From an uncultured Bacteroidales bacterium (GTDB lineage: Bacteria; Bacteroidota; Bacteroidia; Bacteroidales; DTU049), in NCBI GenBank assembly GCA_964526285.1, contig CAZGIW010000007.1, positions 3,828-67,827 of the forward strand: 64,000 nucleotides of DNA, in the 5' to 3' direction. Positions 1 through 9,501 of this stretch are shown here, one piece after another. The stretch's first letter is position 1; each line of letters starts with the position of its first letter. The notes beneath the pieces were generated by a model that saw only the letters and a list, made by a program, of their open reading frames with translations, did no database searches and was not told where the DNA came from. Both the position numbers and the translations under genes were made by a program.

Positions 1-2
1 AT

Positions 3-563
3 TTGGACGATATGCCCGAAAATGCACGATTTGGATTTAAGTCTGGAGTTGTTGAAATGGAGTCAAATACAATGGGAATGAATCAATTTATTGTGATGTA
101 TTTTGATGATTGGGGCAATAAAATTTCCAGTGAAATCCATATGGAATTTATGGGACAAAAGATGCATATGGTGTCTGTTGTGAAAGATGGCTGGTCATAT
201 GAATATGATGTGCAAACCAAACGAGGTGCAAAAAAAATGCTTGATGAAGAGGAGTTTAACCGAATCAACTATTTGAAAATTGATGATGATATGATGAGTG
301 AATTTAATATGAGTTATATTGGAGATGTTGAAATACTTGGAAAGAAATGCAAACAGTATGAAATTGATTTTAAAAATGAGGGTTTCAAGGCAAAAACAGC
401 CATATGGCAAGGTATTACCATGGAATCAGAAGCCACAGTAAACGGTATGCCAGTGACAATAAATGTGACAAAAATTCAGGAAAATGTTCAGGTACCATCG
501 GATAAATTTGAAATTCCATCGGATATCATTTTTGACGAACCTGTAAATGCTGAACAATTATAA
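3..563 (+). CDS. hypothetical protein, C-terminal part (5' end lies outside the window)
   Basis: The ORF is open from the window edge to a TAA at 561-563. The composition looks coding, and I recognise no motif. Confidence 0.5.
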   Translation: MDDMPENARFGFKSGVVEMESNTMGMNQFIVMYFDDWGNKISSEIHMEFMGQKMHMVSVVKDGWSYEYDVQTKRGAKKMLDEEEFNRINYLKIDDDMMSEFNMSYIGDVEILGKKCKQYEIDFKNEGFKAKTAIWQGITMESEATVNGMPVTINVTKIQENVQVPSDKFEIPSDIIFDEPVNAEQL

Positions 564-571
564 ATAAAAGA

Positions 572-671
572 AGGGTAAGTTACTTATATCACACCGCTAC
601 GACCGTCTACCCTTGCTTTCTTTCGAACCTGGGGGAGTTCAACAGGAGCTGGTTGTATAAGACTTACCCCA
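572..671 (-). ncRNA. ffs: signal recognition particle RNA (small bacterial 4.5S type)
   Basis: A terminal stem pairs GGGTAAGT (573-580) with ACTTACCC (662-669). The minus-strand transcript contains CCCCCAGGUUCGAAAGAAAGCAAGGGUAGA. This matches the domain IV / helix 8 core seen in E. coli 4.5S (CAGGUCCGGAAGGAAGCAGCCAAGGCAGA): a GNRA tetraloop, the AGCA motif and the G(U/C)AGA side. It lies in a non-coding gap between two plus-strand genes. Confidence 0.75.
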
Positions 672-743
672 ATGCAAAATTACAAAAAAAAATTTAGCAC
701 ACAACATGTTTAAAAAAAAACATCATAAGAACATTGAATTTTG

Positions 744-751
744 TACTTTTG
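744..751 (+). promoter_or_regulatory. Bacteroidota-type -7 promoter box (TACTTTTG, consensus TAnnTTTG)
   Basis: Exact TAnnTTTG match 16 nt upstream of the ATG at 767. Confidence 0.4.
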
Positions 752-766
752 AAAAAAAAATGAATT

Positions 767-1330
767 ATGGAAATTGATGAACAAGTGAAATTTTCCTTAA
801 AAAGAATGTTGATTCATGGTGGCAAACAGGGAGTGATTGGGGGGTTAATATTGTCAGCTTTTACAGTACTGATTTATACATTTAATGTTAATACTTTTTC
901 AGTAGTAATGGGTTTAATCACATTTCTTATTACATGGGGAACAATGATAATTTTTGGATATCGATCAGCAGCTGCATACAGATCAGAAACAGATTTACCA
1001 AGAATTCCCTACTGGGTTGGTTTGGTATCTATTTTTGGAGCAGTTCTTACAATGATATATATTTCTGCAATATTTAGTCTGATATTACATACTGTCATTG
1101 ATCCAGGATATGCTGCTGAACTGATACGTGAATATCAGGAGATGATATATAATAACAGCAGAATCCCAGACACAATGAAACAGGAATTAATAATGCAGGC
1201 AGAATTGAGTTTTGAGCCAGTAAAGCAGTTTACAAGCTCACTTACTGGAGGAATACTTATTTCCCTACTGATAGCAGCCATCATGGCCTTTTTTGTAAGA
1301 AAGAACCCTAAATACAAGGAAATCATTTAG
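767..1330 (+). CDS. DUF4199-like integral membrane protein
   Basis: 187 aa with several hydrophobic helices. It sits immediately upstream of a GT2 gene (3-nt gap), the arrangement typical of DUF4199 proteins in Bacteroidota. Confidence 0.6.
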   Translation: MEIDEQVKFSLKRMLIHGGKQGVIGGLILSAFTVLIYTFNVNTFSVVMGLITFLITWGTMIIFGYRSAAAYRSETDLPRIPYWVGLVSIFGAVLTMIYISAIFSLILHTVIDPGYAAELIREYQEMIYNNSRIPDTMKQELIMQAELSFEPVKQFTSSLTGGILISLLIAAIMAFFVRKNPKYKEII

Positions 1331-1332
1331 TT

Positions 1333-2277
1333 ATGGATATATCAGTTGTTGTTCCTTTGTTCAATGAAGAAGAGTCCATTCCCGAGCTTTCATCGTGGAT
1401 ACAGCGCGTAATGCAAGAGAATGAATTTTCATGGGAATTGCTTTTTATTGACGATGGAAGCAAAGACCGTTCATGGGAAATCATTGAGCAAATGTCAGAA
1501 AAAAACCAAAACATCAAAGGTATACGTTTCAGGCGTAATTATGGAAAATCTGCTGCACTAAATGTGGGTTTTGAGCATGCTCAGGGTGATGTGGTTATCA
1601 CAATGGATGCCGATTTGCAGGATTCGCCCGATGAGATACCAGGACTTTACAAGATGATAATTGAAGATGGTTTTGATTTGGTTTCAGGATGGAAAAAGAA
1701 AAGACATGATCCAATCAGTAAGACCATCCCTACAAAATTGTTCAACTGGGCCACCCGTCGGGTTACAAAAATTAAACTTCATGATTTTAATTGCGGACTG
1801 AAAGCCTACAAACTGGATGTTGTCAAATGTATTGAAGTTTACGGTGAGATGCACAGATACATTCCCTATATTGCAAAAACTGCAGGATTCAGCAATATTG
1901 GAGAAAAAGTGGTTCAACATCAGGCACGAAAATTTGGAAAAACCAAATATGGTGGGTTATCAAGATTCATTAATGGTTTTCTTGACCTGATGTCAATTTC
2001 ATTTATTTCAAGATTTGGAAAAAGACCAATGCATTTGTTTGGGCTCCTTGGCACTTTTTTGTTTGTTATTGGATTTGGTATCGCCGTTTATCTGGCATAC
2101 CTAAAAATATTCATGTACGAAGGAAAAATGACTGAACGGCCTTTGTTTTATCTGGGGCTATTATGTATGATAATCGGTTCTCAACTGTTTATCGGAGGTT
2201 TTATTGCAGAGCTTATTAGTCGCAATTCTCAGGACAGGAACAAATATCTGATACATAAGAAAACATTTCAGGATTAA
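1333..2277 (+). CDS. glycosyltransferase family 2 (polyprenyl-phosphate glycosyltransferase, GtrB/DPM1/ArnC-like) with C-terminal TM helices
   Basis: Motifs VVVPLFNEEESI, FIDDGSKDRS, GKSAAL and DADLQDSPDEIP (DxD), plus two C-terminal hydrophobic helices. Confidence 0.9.
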   Translation: MDISVVVPLFNEEESIPELSSWIQRVMQENEFSWELLFIDDGSKDRSWEIIEQMSEKNQNIKGIRFRRNYGKSAALNVGFEHAQGDVVITMDADLQDSPDEIPGLYKMIIEDGFDLVSGWKKKRHDPISKTIPTKLFNWATRRVTKIKLHDFNCGLKAYKLDVVKCIEVYGEMHRYIPYIAKTAGFSNIGEKVVQHQARKFGKTKYGGLSRFINGFLDLMSISFISRFGKRPMHLFGLLGTFLFVIGFGIAVYLAYLKIFMYEGKMTERPLFYLGLLCMIIGSQLFIGGFIAELISRNSQDRNKYLIHKKTFQD

Positions 2278-2291
2278 GCAACAGGTGCCTC

Positions 2292-3611
2292 ATGGGATTG
2301 AAAAAAGTTCTGATTATTGCTTATTACTGGCCTCCCACTGGTGGTGGTGGAGTTTATCGTTGGGTTAAATTTGTAAAATATTTGCGTGAATATGGTTGGG
2401 AGCCAATTGTCTATACACCGCTGAATCCGGAAGCAGCAATACGTGATGAGTCTTTATTGAAAAATATTCCCGAAGATATCACAGTAATTAAACGAAAAAT
2501 TACAGAACCCTACAATTTATATAAATTTTTCACAGGAAAAAAGAAAGACCATACAATTGATAATTTTGTTGAAAAGAAAAAATCAGGAAATTCATTCAAG
2601 GATAAACTCAGCATATGGATACGCGGAAATTTGTTTATTCCCGATGCCCGCTGCATGTGGATTAAGCCATCTTCCCGTTTTTTAAAAAAATGGTTAAAAA
2701 AGAATCCAGTGGATGTGATAGTTTCAACAGGGACACCACATTCAATGCACATGATTGCTCTTAAGGTTTCAAAAAAACTCAATATTCCCTGGCTTGCCGA
2801 TTTTAGAGACCCATGGACAAAAATTGATTTTTATCAGCAATTAATGCTTTCAAAGTGTGCCAACCGAAAACATCACCGACTGGAAAGAAAAGTGCTGAAA
2901 TCAGCCAATAGGGTTGTTACAGTTAGCAATAACTGGGGGCAGTTAATGAAAGATTTGGGAGCAAAAAATGTTTCTGTTATTAATAACGGATATGATGAAG
3001 ATGATTTTCAATTTTTACCTGTTGAAACTGATAGTGATTTTTCTGTTACCCATGTTGGTGTTTTAAATAAAGACAGAAATCCGGTTGAGTTGTGGCAAGT
3101 ATTTTCTAATTTATGTGAAGAATCACTAGAATTTAGAGAGAAACTTAAGCTTAGGTTTCTTGGATCAGTAGATTATACAATAAGAGATAACCTTGAAAAA
3201 TTTAGTCTTATTGAGAATGCAGAATTTTTGTCCTATGTTCCCCATGATGAGGCACTGAAAATTTCAGCTAAATCTGCAATTCTTCTTTTATTACTGAATA
3301 ATACACATGATGTAATGGGGCGTATACCGGGAAAACTTTATGAGTATTTGGCTTCGCAAAGACCAATTTTGCTCATTGGGCCTGAAAATTGCGACTCTGA
3401 CATTATTCTCAGAGATTCAAGAGCCGGACTCAGGGCAGGATTTGGCAATATTGATGAAATGAAAACAACCATATTGTCTCTTTGGAAGGATTACAAGAAC
3501 AAGAATTCTTATACTGACACAGAAAAAATCCAACAGTTTTCCCGAAAAAGACTTACCCAAAAAATGGCTTTATTGCTAAACGAAATGATAAAGAATAAAA
3601 AGGCTGTTTAA
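2292..3611 (+). CDS. GT-B fold glycosyltransferase (GT4-like)
   Basis: 439 aa. The N-terminus KKVLIIAYYWPPTGGGG is typical of GT4_N-like domains. The C-terminal part contains GKLYEYLASQRPIL, a GT1/GT4-like nucleotide-sugar binding region. Confidence 0.65.
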   Translation: MGLKKVLIIAYYWPPTGGGGVYRWVKFVKYLREYGWEPIVYTPLNPEAAIRDESLLKNIPEDITVIKRKITEPYNLYKFFTGKKKDHTIDNFVEKKKSGNSFKDKLSIWIRGNLFIPDARCMWIKPSSRFLKKWLKKNPVDVIVSTGTPHSMHMIALKVSKKLNIPWLADFRDPWTKIDFYQQLMLSKCANRKHHRLERKVLKSANRVVTVSNNWGQLMKDLGAKNVSVINNGYDEDDFQFLPVETDSDFSVTHVGVLNKDRNPVELWQVFSNLCEESLEFREKLKLRFLGSVDYTIRDNLEKFSLIENAEFLSYVPHDEALKISAKSAILLLLLNNTHDVMGRIPGKLYEYLASQRPILLIGPENCDSDIILRDSRAGLRAGFGNIDEMKTTILSLWKDYKNKNSYTDTEKIQQFSRKRLTQKMALLLNEMIKNKKAV

Positions 3612-3623
3612 TCAGACAAAAAA

Positions 3624-4889
3624 TTATCCCAAAATCGCTTTTGCATAATTATCCCAGGACATATTTTTAGCAGTGTCTGCAACATTATTTCTGGGGATGG
3701 GATTTTCAATTGCTTTCATCATTGCCTGAGCCATTGATTCGATATTGTCTGGTTCGGCTAAATATCCATTATATCCATCTTTTACAGTTTCAGGAAAATG
3801 ACCAACATTGGTGGCCAGCAATGGCATTTTAAAATTGTATCCAATGGATTCAACACCTGAAGGAGTGGCATATTCATAAAACAAAACCACAGCATCACTC
3901 ACCTGAAAATATTTGTGAACATCTTCGTTTGGAATGAAATCAATATGCTGATATACATATTCAGAAATGCCGTGCTTATCAATGGCATCAAGCGGACGAT
4001 AATTTTGTTCATCATCTGATTTTTTCAAAAATAAAGCTTTGGCAATTCCAAACATAAATTTTTTAAGCCTGGTGGAAAACTTTTTGGTGTCAAGTGTATT
4101 CCAAAAGGCTTCTCCGGCAATGATTAGTGATACATCTTTTCGTTTTTCCAACACCTTCGCAAAAGCTTCGATAGCATTATGCAGTCCTTTATATTTCCTG
4201 ATAAAACCAAAGAAAAGAAACACATGTTTGTTTAGTTTCATTTCTGATTTTACCTTTTCAATGTCCAATTCCGGGTCGGGTTTAAACATATTGTAAACAG
4301 GGTGATAAAGTTTGATAACGGTTTTGGCAGTCTTATCATTACTCCTTCCGTTTTCCTGAAGCATAAGACTGGCTTTGGGAAACAATTGTTTGAGTTCGTT
4401 AAAGGTCTTCAGAGCATGAACCACATAGGTGTCTGCATGTTTGATGCCCCTGCTAGTTAAATAATTGTCGGTTTTACTGTTTTCTTTCTGAATGACAAAA
4501 TGTAAATCAAAAATAACTTCAATATTTGTATGTTTCTTTAGTTTCCTTGCAATATTACCAAGGGGAATTCCTTGCAAAGCAATTGCCCATTGAAAGATGA
4601 CCATATCAGGTTTGAGATCTCTGATAAGCCTGAATGTGCTTCGCCAGGTTGACGGTTTATTGAAATTTGTCATGTAGTGCACTTTAATATTTGTGCCTTC
4701 AAGTTGATCGGTTCGGCTTTTTCTGTCAATAAAATCACGGGGAATAATTGCAGGATATTGCTGTGTCCATGAAACAATATGAACTTCGCAATCTTCAATC
4801 TGATCAAAAGCTTTGGCAAGAGAAGTATTATAATTTGCTATCCCACCCTTGAATTTTGGGCCTGGCCCGAAACAAACAATTTTTTTCAT
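3624..4889 (-). CDS. GT-B fold glycosyltransferase (GT1/GT4 family)
   Basis: 421 aa. The C-terminal motif PSGVESIGYNFKMPLLATNVGHFPETVKDGYNGYL matches the E-x7-E type GT1/GT4 signature region. Confidence 0.7.
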   Translation of the reverse strand: MKKIVCFGPGPKFKGGIANYNTSLAKAFDQIEDCEVHIVSWTQQYPAIIPRDFIDRKSRTDQLEGTNIKVHYMTNFNKPSTWRSTFRLIRDLKPDMVIFQWAIALQGIPLGNIARKLKKHTNIEVIFDLHFVIQKENSKTDNYLTSRGIKHADTYVVHALKTFNELKQLFPKASLMLQENGRSNDKTAKTVIKLYHPVYNMFKPDPELDIEKVKSEMKLNKHVFLFFGFIRKYKGLHNAIEAFAKVLEKRKDVSLIIAGEAFWNTLDTKKFSTRLKKFMFGIAKALFLKKSDDEQNYRPLDAIDKHGISEYVYQHIDFIPNEDVHKYFQVSDAVVLFYEYATPSGVESIGYNFKMPLLATNVGHFPETVKDGYNGYLAEPDNIESMAQAMMKAIENPIPRNNVADTAKNMSWDNYAKAILG

Positions 4890-4919
4890 AACAATCTGAT
4901 TCTCGTTGAAAAAATGGCA

Positions 4920-5972
4920 CTAATGCTGATTTTTCAGTCTTTCTACTGCTGCATCATAGACTCTTTTCATTCCTTCTCTGGTTGAAATACGAGGTTTCCA
5001 TCCAAATTTTTCAGTCACCAAATCCATATTGGCATATCTTGAGTGAACACCAACTGGTTTATCAAGTAAAGGTTTGATTGTTGGTTTGTATCCTGCAAAT
5101 TCGGTGAATAATTCGATTATATCAAGAAAACTGGTGAGCTTTCCCGAACCGATATTCCATCCTGAGCCGTCAGATACTTTGTCCATCAATATAAAAATTA
5201 AATCAATAACATCGTCAATGTGAACAAAATCGCGTGCTTGTTTTCCGCTTCCCCATACTTCGAATGGATCTTCCATGTTTGCTGCTCTGGCTGCAATTGC
5301 AGGCACGGGATAACTTAAGTCCTGATCTTCTCCGTAGCCGGAAAATGGCCGGATACAAACAACACGGAGTCCGTAGTGTTTTGCTGCAATCTGTGCCAAA
5401 AACTCACCTGTCATTTTTGACCAGCCATATGTCATATCAGGAACACCAAGATTTTTTGTGAAATCAATATCACCTTCACTTAGTGCAATTGCATCACTTT
5501 CAGTTTGAAGGCTTATTGGGTATGCAGCACTTGAACTTGGATATAGCACTCGTTCGGGTTGATTGCGGCAAAGCCAGTAGAAAAATTCTGCATCTATTGA
5601 TAAATCAAGGGCAACCTGCATAGGATCACCATCAATTTTTGCACGACCACCAACTATTGCTGCAAAGTGAAAAACATCTGCAAATTTCTCAAAATCAAGA
5701 CCATATGTGTCCTGAATATAGCGCGGATTGTCGCGAAGATAAAACAATAACACCCTGAAATCTCCTTTCCAGAAATAAATTCGTTTATGAACATCAACAA
5801 TTTCAATGTCATTCATGGGAGAGGAAGTATACCCCGGAAACCACTCTGATGGGTGAATCCCAATTGACAAATCATCAACCATAAAAATGTGGTCTTCAGT
5901 TGTTTCAATAAGTCGTTTTACCATGTTGCGTCCCACAAATCCGCATGCTCCTGTTACCAAATGTATTCTCAT
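4920..5972 (-). CDS. NAD-dependent sugar-nucleotide epimerase/dehydratase (extended SDR)
   Basis: Rossmann motif VTGACGFVGRNMV directly after the ATG at 5972, and a catalytic YxxxK (YGWSK). The track's longer start at 6014 is a TTG that overlaps the predicted -7 box, so I prefer the ATG at 5972. Confidence 0.85.
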   Translation of the reverse strand: MRIHLVTGACGFVGRNMVKRLIETTEDHIFMVDDLSIGIHPSEWFPGYTSSPMNDIEIVDVHKRIYFWKGDFRVLLFYLRDNPRYIQDTYGLDFEKFADVFHFAAIVGGRAKIDGDPMQVALDLSIDAEFFYWLCRNQPERVLYPSSSAAYPISLQTESDAIALSEGDIDFTKNLGVPDMTYGWSKMTGEFLAQIAAKHYGLRVVCIRPFSGYGEDQDLSYPVPAIAARAANMEDPFEVWGSGKQARDFVHIDDVIDLIFILMDKVSDGSGWNIGSGKLTSFLDIIELFTEFAGYKPTIKPLLDKPVGVHSRYANMDLVTEKFGWKPRISTREGMKRVYDAAVERLKNQH

Positions 5973-6011
5973 GATATTTTGATATTTTAAATAGTTATTA
6001 TGATTTTGCCA

Positions 6012-6019
6012 CAAAGATA
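6012..6019 (-). promoter_or_regulatory. -7 promoter box (minus strand TATCTTTG)
   Basis: Exact TAnnTTTG on the minus strand, 40 nt upstream of the ATG at 5972. Confidence 0.4.
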
Positions 6020-6077
6020 AAACATTTTTTACATCAGTTCTTTAATAATAAAACAAAATTTGAATGATATAATTTCT

Positions 6078-6085
6078 TAATTTTG
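6078..6085 (+). promoter_or_regulatory. -7 promoter box (TAATTTTG)
   Basis: Exact TAnnTTTG 31 nt upstream of the ATG at 6116. The track's TTG start at 6083 lies inside this box. Confidence 0.4.
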
Positions 6086-6115
6086 CTTATTGTTTTAATA
6101 GAAAAATTCCCTGCA

Positions 6116-6685
6116 ATGCAAATAAAGAAAAGAATTGAGCAGTCTTCTGTATTATTAAATAAATTACACTCAGATGAAAAACTCATTCAAATTATTGAAG
6201 ATGTTATTCGTGCTGCCGCTGGTGTATTTCATCAGGGAGGCAGAATGTTACTCTGTGGCAATGGCGGTAGTGCTGCTGACGCACAGCATATTGCAGCCGA
6301 ATTGTCAGGCAGATTCAAGACAGACAGACCGCCACTCGATGCAGAAGCTTTGCATGTAAACACATCATATCTCACTGCTGTGGCAAATGATTATGGTTTT
6401 GATGTGGTGTATGAACGACTTGTTCAGGCCAAAGGAAGAGAAGGGGATATGTTGATTGCTATTTCAACTTCAGGAAATTCAGAAAATATTATTAAGGCCA
6501 TGATTGCAGCTCGTGAAAAAAATATGATAGTTGTAGCCATGACCGGAAAGTCGGGTGGCAAAATGAAAGATTTCTGTGATTTTCTCATAAATGTTCCTTC
6601 CGATGATACACCTTTTGTACAGGAGATGCATATTATTGTCGGTCACATTTTGTGTGGTGAAATTGAAAAATTGTTTGTATATTAA
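6116..6685 (+). CDS. gmhA: D-sedoheptulose-7-phosphate isomerase (SIS domain phosphoheptose isomerase)
   Basis: Motifs LLCGNGGSAADAQHIAAEL, AISTSGNS and EMHIIVGH are characteristic of GmhA. The size (189 aa) fits. Confidence 0.85.
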   Translation: MQIKKRIEQSSVLLNKLHSDEKLIQIIEDVIRAAAGVFHQGGRMLLCGNGGSAADAQHIAAELSGRFKTDRPPLDAEALHVNTSYLTAVANDYGFDVVYERLVQAKGREGDMLIAISTSGNSENIIKAMIAAREKNMIVVAMTGKSGGKMKDFCDFLINVPSDDTPFVQEMHIIVGHILCGEIEKLFVY

Positions 6686-6692
6686 TTCTGAA

Positions 6693-7250
6693 ATGAAAAT
6701 TATGAAAATCATCTTTATTATATTAGGTATCATTGTATTGATACTTGCAGTCCTCATTGTGGTGCCCTGTTTTGCACGAACAAAGAAAAAAATGGATTTG
6801 CCCACTGTTAAACATCTTGAGATTGAGAAATTTATGGGTGTATGGTATGAAATTGCCCGTTTCCCCCATAAATTTGAAAAGGATCTTGTTGGAGTTACTG
6901 CAACCTATGAGATGAAAAGCAATGGACAGATTTCAGTTCTGAATCAGGGCTACAAACATACTCTTGATGGAAAACAAAAAAACGCAAAGGGAAGAGCAAG
7001 AATGCCCAATGCTCATGAACCAGGCTTTTTACAAGTAACATTTTTTCTTTGCTTTTGGGCTGATTATCTGGTACTTGAGCTGGATGAAAATTATCAATAT
7101 GCATTGATTGGGAGTTCAACTCCTGATTATTTATGGATTTTATGCAGACAACCGCAGATGGATGAACATACATATAACATGCTTGTGGAAAAAGCTAAAG
7201 ATTTCGGATATGATATCAGTAAACTGGAAAGAGTTAAGCAGGCTATATAG
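6693..7250 (+). CDS. blc: bacterial lipocalin (Blc-like outer membrane lipoprotein)
   Basis: Lipocalin signature FMGVWYEIARFP. The ATG at 6693 is followed by a hydrophobic signal ending VVPC. The longer track ORF (start 6591) overlaps gmhA in another frame and is unlikely. Confidence 0.85.
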   Translation: MKIMKIIFIILGIIVLILAVLIVVPCFARTKKKMDLPTVKHLEIEKFMGVWYEIARFPHKFEKDLVGVTATYEMKSNGQISVLNQGYKHTLDGKQKNAKGRARMPNAHEPGFLQVTFFLCFWADYLVLELDENYQYALIGSSTPDYLWILCRQPQMDEHTYNMLVEKAKDFGYDISKLERVKQAI

Positions 7251-7503
7251 CAGAAGGCAGACAATCAAAGTCAAAAAAAGCGTCGAAAATTGCAAATTTG
7301 TTTTGTTTTTCCTATACCTGTGAATGGTTTTCTTCAGAGGTTCTGTAATAAATTTTTTTTTACTAAAAAAAAATATTATTAAATTTTGTGATTAAATATT
7401 TAAATTGTTGTAATTTAGCAATGATTTTGAAAAATAAAAAAAGAGAAGCATGTTTTTCATAATCAAAAAAATGATTTCTGAAACACATTAAACACCAAAA
7501 GAT

Positions 7504-8451
7504 ATGAGAAAGTATTTAGTTTTTATGTTTTTATTGAGCATGTTGTTTTTTTTTCAATCATGTCAAAAAGAACCAACTGCCGCTTTTATTCCATCAAAAA
7601 CTACTGTTGAGGTAGGTGAAGTTGTTTCTTTTGATAATACTTCAACAAATGCCGTTAGTTTTCTTTGGAATTTTGGAGATCAAACTACATCAACTTTGAA
7701 AAGTCCCAGCCATAGCTATGATACGCCTGGCACTTATTTGGTTAGTCTGACAGCATATTCAAAAAAAGAAAAGAAAAAACATACAGTTTCAGAATTAATT
7801 CAAGTAAATGAAGCTATTCCAACAACAATTTCCGATATTGATGGAAATGAATATCAAATAGTAACAATTGGAACACAGACATGGATGGCAGAGAATCTAA
7901 AGACTACCAGGTTAAGTAATGGGAATGCAATTTCAAACATTACAAGCGATTCTCAATGGAACTCAACTACATCTCCTGCCTATTGTTGGTACAACAATTC
8001 CCTAACTAATAAAGAACAATGGGGTGCATTATATAATTGGGCTGCTGTTAATACAGGGCTTTTATGTCCTGAAGGTTGGCATGTGCCATCCGACACAGAA
8101 TGGGCTCAACTGGAAATGGTATTAGGGTTGCCATCAAATGAAGCCTATAATACAGGATGGAGGGGAACAGATCAGGGAAGTCAAATGGCAAGCAACAATA
8201 CTTTATGGACGTCAGGAGCACTTGCCTCCGCTTCACAGTTTGGAACTTCAGGTTTTAATGCATTACCTGCTGGCAGAAGAAATGATGATGGTGCCTTTGT
8301 TTTAATGAATGAGTTTGCAATTTGGTGGTCTTCGACTCAAAACTATTCATATAATGCGTTTTACAGAAGTATAGTCTGGAACGATACCAAAGTAGGAAGA
8401 CAAACATTTATGAAAGAACATGGCTTCTCAATCCGATGTGTTAAGAACTAA
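7504..8451 (+). CDS. lipoprotein with PKD domain and FISUMP (Fibrobacter succinogenes major paralogous, TIGR02145-type) domain
   Basis: Signal plus lipobox (FFFQSC). PKD motif WNFGDQTTS...HSYDTPGTY. FISUMP hallmarks DIDGNEYQIVTIGTQTWMAENL, GWHVPSDTEWAQLE and FSIRCVKN. Confidence 0.8.
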   Translation: MRKYLVFMFLLSMLFFFQSCQKEPTAAFIPSKTTVEVGEVVSFDNTSTNAVSFLWNFGDQTTSTLKSPSHSYDTPGTYLVSLTAYSKKEKKKHTVSELIQVNEAIPTTISDIDGNEYQIVTIGTQTWMAENLKTTRLSNGNAISNITSDSQWNSTTSPAYCWYNNSLTNKEQWGALYNWAAVNTGLLCPEGWHVPSDTEWAQLEMVLGLPSNEAYNTGWRGTDQGSQMASNNTLWTSGALASASQFGTSGFNALPAGRRNDDGAFVLMNEFAIWWSSTQNYSYNAFYRSIVWNDTKVGRQTFMKEHGFSIRCVKN

Positions 8452-8709
8452 TCTATATTATGTATTAAAAGCATAGAATGGTTGACGGTTTGAGAAAAAA
8501 ATAGTAGTCTCCTATTCTTAATTAATAGAACCTTTTAAAAGCATTGGTCTTTCAGCACTTGTTTAAATAATTAAAAGAGTTTTAACACTGCTGACAGATA
8601 AGATTTTTGGTTTTCTTTTACTACAAGCGCACAGAAAAAAAAAAGATTACATAAAATCAAAAACATGTTACATACTGAAATGATTTTTTTCCCTATTTAG
8701 CAAAATACT

Positions 8710-8717
8710 TATTTTTG
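8710..8717 (+). promoter_or_regulatory. -7 promoter box (TATTTTTG)
   Basis: Exact TAnnTTTG 20 nt upstream of the ATG at 8737. Confidence 0.4.
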
Positions 8718-8736
8718 CAAATCAAAAAAACACATT

Positions 8737-9465
8737 ATGGGAAGAGCATTTGAATACAGAAAAGCACGAAAAATGAAAAGATGGGGAAATATGTCACGCG
8801 TATTTACCCGACTTGGAAGAGATATTGAAATTGCAGTGAAAGAAGGTGGTCCTGACCCCGCTGCCAATTCAAAACTCAGACTGCTGATTCAGACAGCACG
8901 TAGCGAAAACATGCCCAAAGATAATGTGGAACGAGCTATAAAACGTGCCACTTCAAAAGAAGCAAAAGACTATAAAGAAGTGATGTTTGAAGGAAAAGCA
9001 TCCCATGGTGTTGTTGTCATTGTTGAAACAGCAACTGATAATAATCAGCGAACTGTTGCCAATGTGAGAGCAATTTTTACAAAATATGGAGGCAATCTCG
9101 GAACATCTGGAATGGCAGATTTTCTCTTCGACAGAGTGTGCATCTTTAAAGTTGAAATGAAAGAAGGATTGGATCTGGAAGAACTGGAACTGGAACTTAT
9201 TGATTTTGGGGTAGAAGAAGTGTTTGTGGATGATAATGAAATCCATATCTATGCTGAATTTCAGAGTTTTGGCCCAATCCAGAAATATCTGGAAGAAAAT
9301 CAATTTGATATTCTTACTTTTAATTTTGAACGTATCCCCAAAGAAACAAAAGAATTATCAGAAGAACATGCCGCCGAAGTGGAAAAACTTCTTGAAAAAC
9401 TTGATGAAGACGATGATGTGGTCAATGTGTTTCATAATATGAAACACATTGAAGAAAAAATTTGA
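8737..9465 (+). CDS. YebC/PmpR family DNA-binding transcriptional regulator
   Basis: The N-terminus MGRAFEYRKARKMKRWGNMSRVFTRLGRDIEIAVKEGGPDPAANSKLR is the canonical YebC family signature. Length is 242 aa. Confidence 0.9.
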   Translation: MGRAFEYRKARKMKRWGNMSRVFTRLGRDIEIAVKEGGPDPAANSKLRLLIQTARSENMPKDNVERAIKRATSKEAKDYKEVMFEGKASHGVVVIVETATDNNQRTVANVRAIFTKYGGNLGTSGMADFLFDRVCIFKVEMKEGLDLEELELELIDFGVEEVFVDDNEIHIYAEFQSFGPIQKYLEENQFDILTFNFERIPKETKELSEEHAAEVEKLLEKLDEDDDVVNVFHNMKHIEEKI

Positions 9466-9501
9466 GTATTTGTATTTTTTTGTATTTTTGAAAAAAAAAT
9501 T

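Noticed and set aside
83-410. Numerous 60-140-aa antisense or nested ORFs throughout the track (e.g. 83-268, 195-410, 1135-1517, 11841-12254, 58539-59099).
   Set aside because: Each is contained within a longer ORF on the other strand or frame that has recognisable domains or signal peptides. Their translations are low-complexity, Ile/Phe/Asn/Lys-rich, as expected from AT-rich non-coding frames.
6591-6692. Upstream extension of the lipocalin ORF (start 6591), plus TTG/ATG-extended starts listed in the track at 6083, 6014, 15672, 19840, 24070, 25956, 46326 and 47633.
   Set aside because: The extensions have several problems. They overlap the preceding gene in another frame (6591) or sit inside a terminator hairpin (25956). 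Others overlap a predicted -7 box (6083, 6014). The rest add residues in front of a canonical signal peptide or a conserved N-terminus. Most use TTG while an in-frame ATG with a better context follows.
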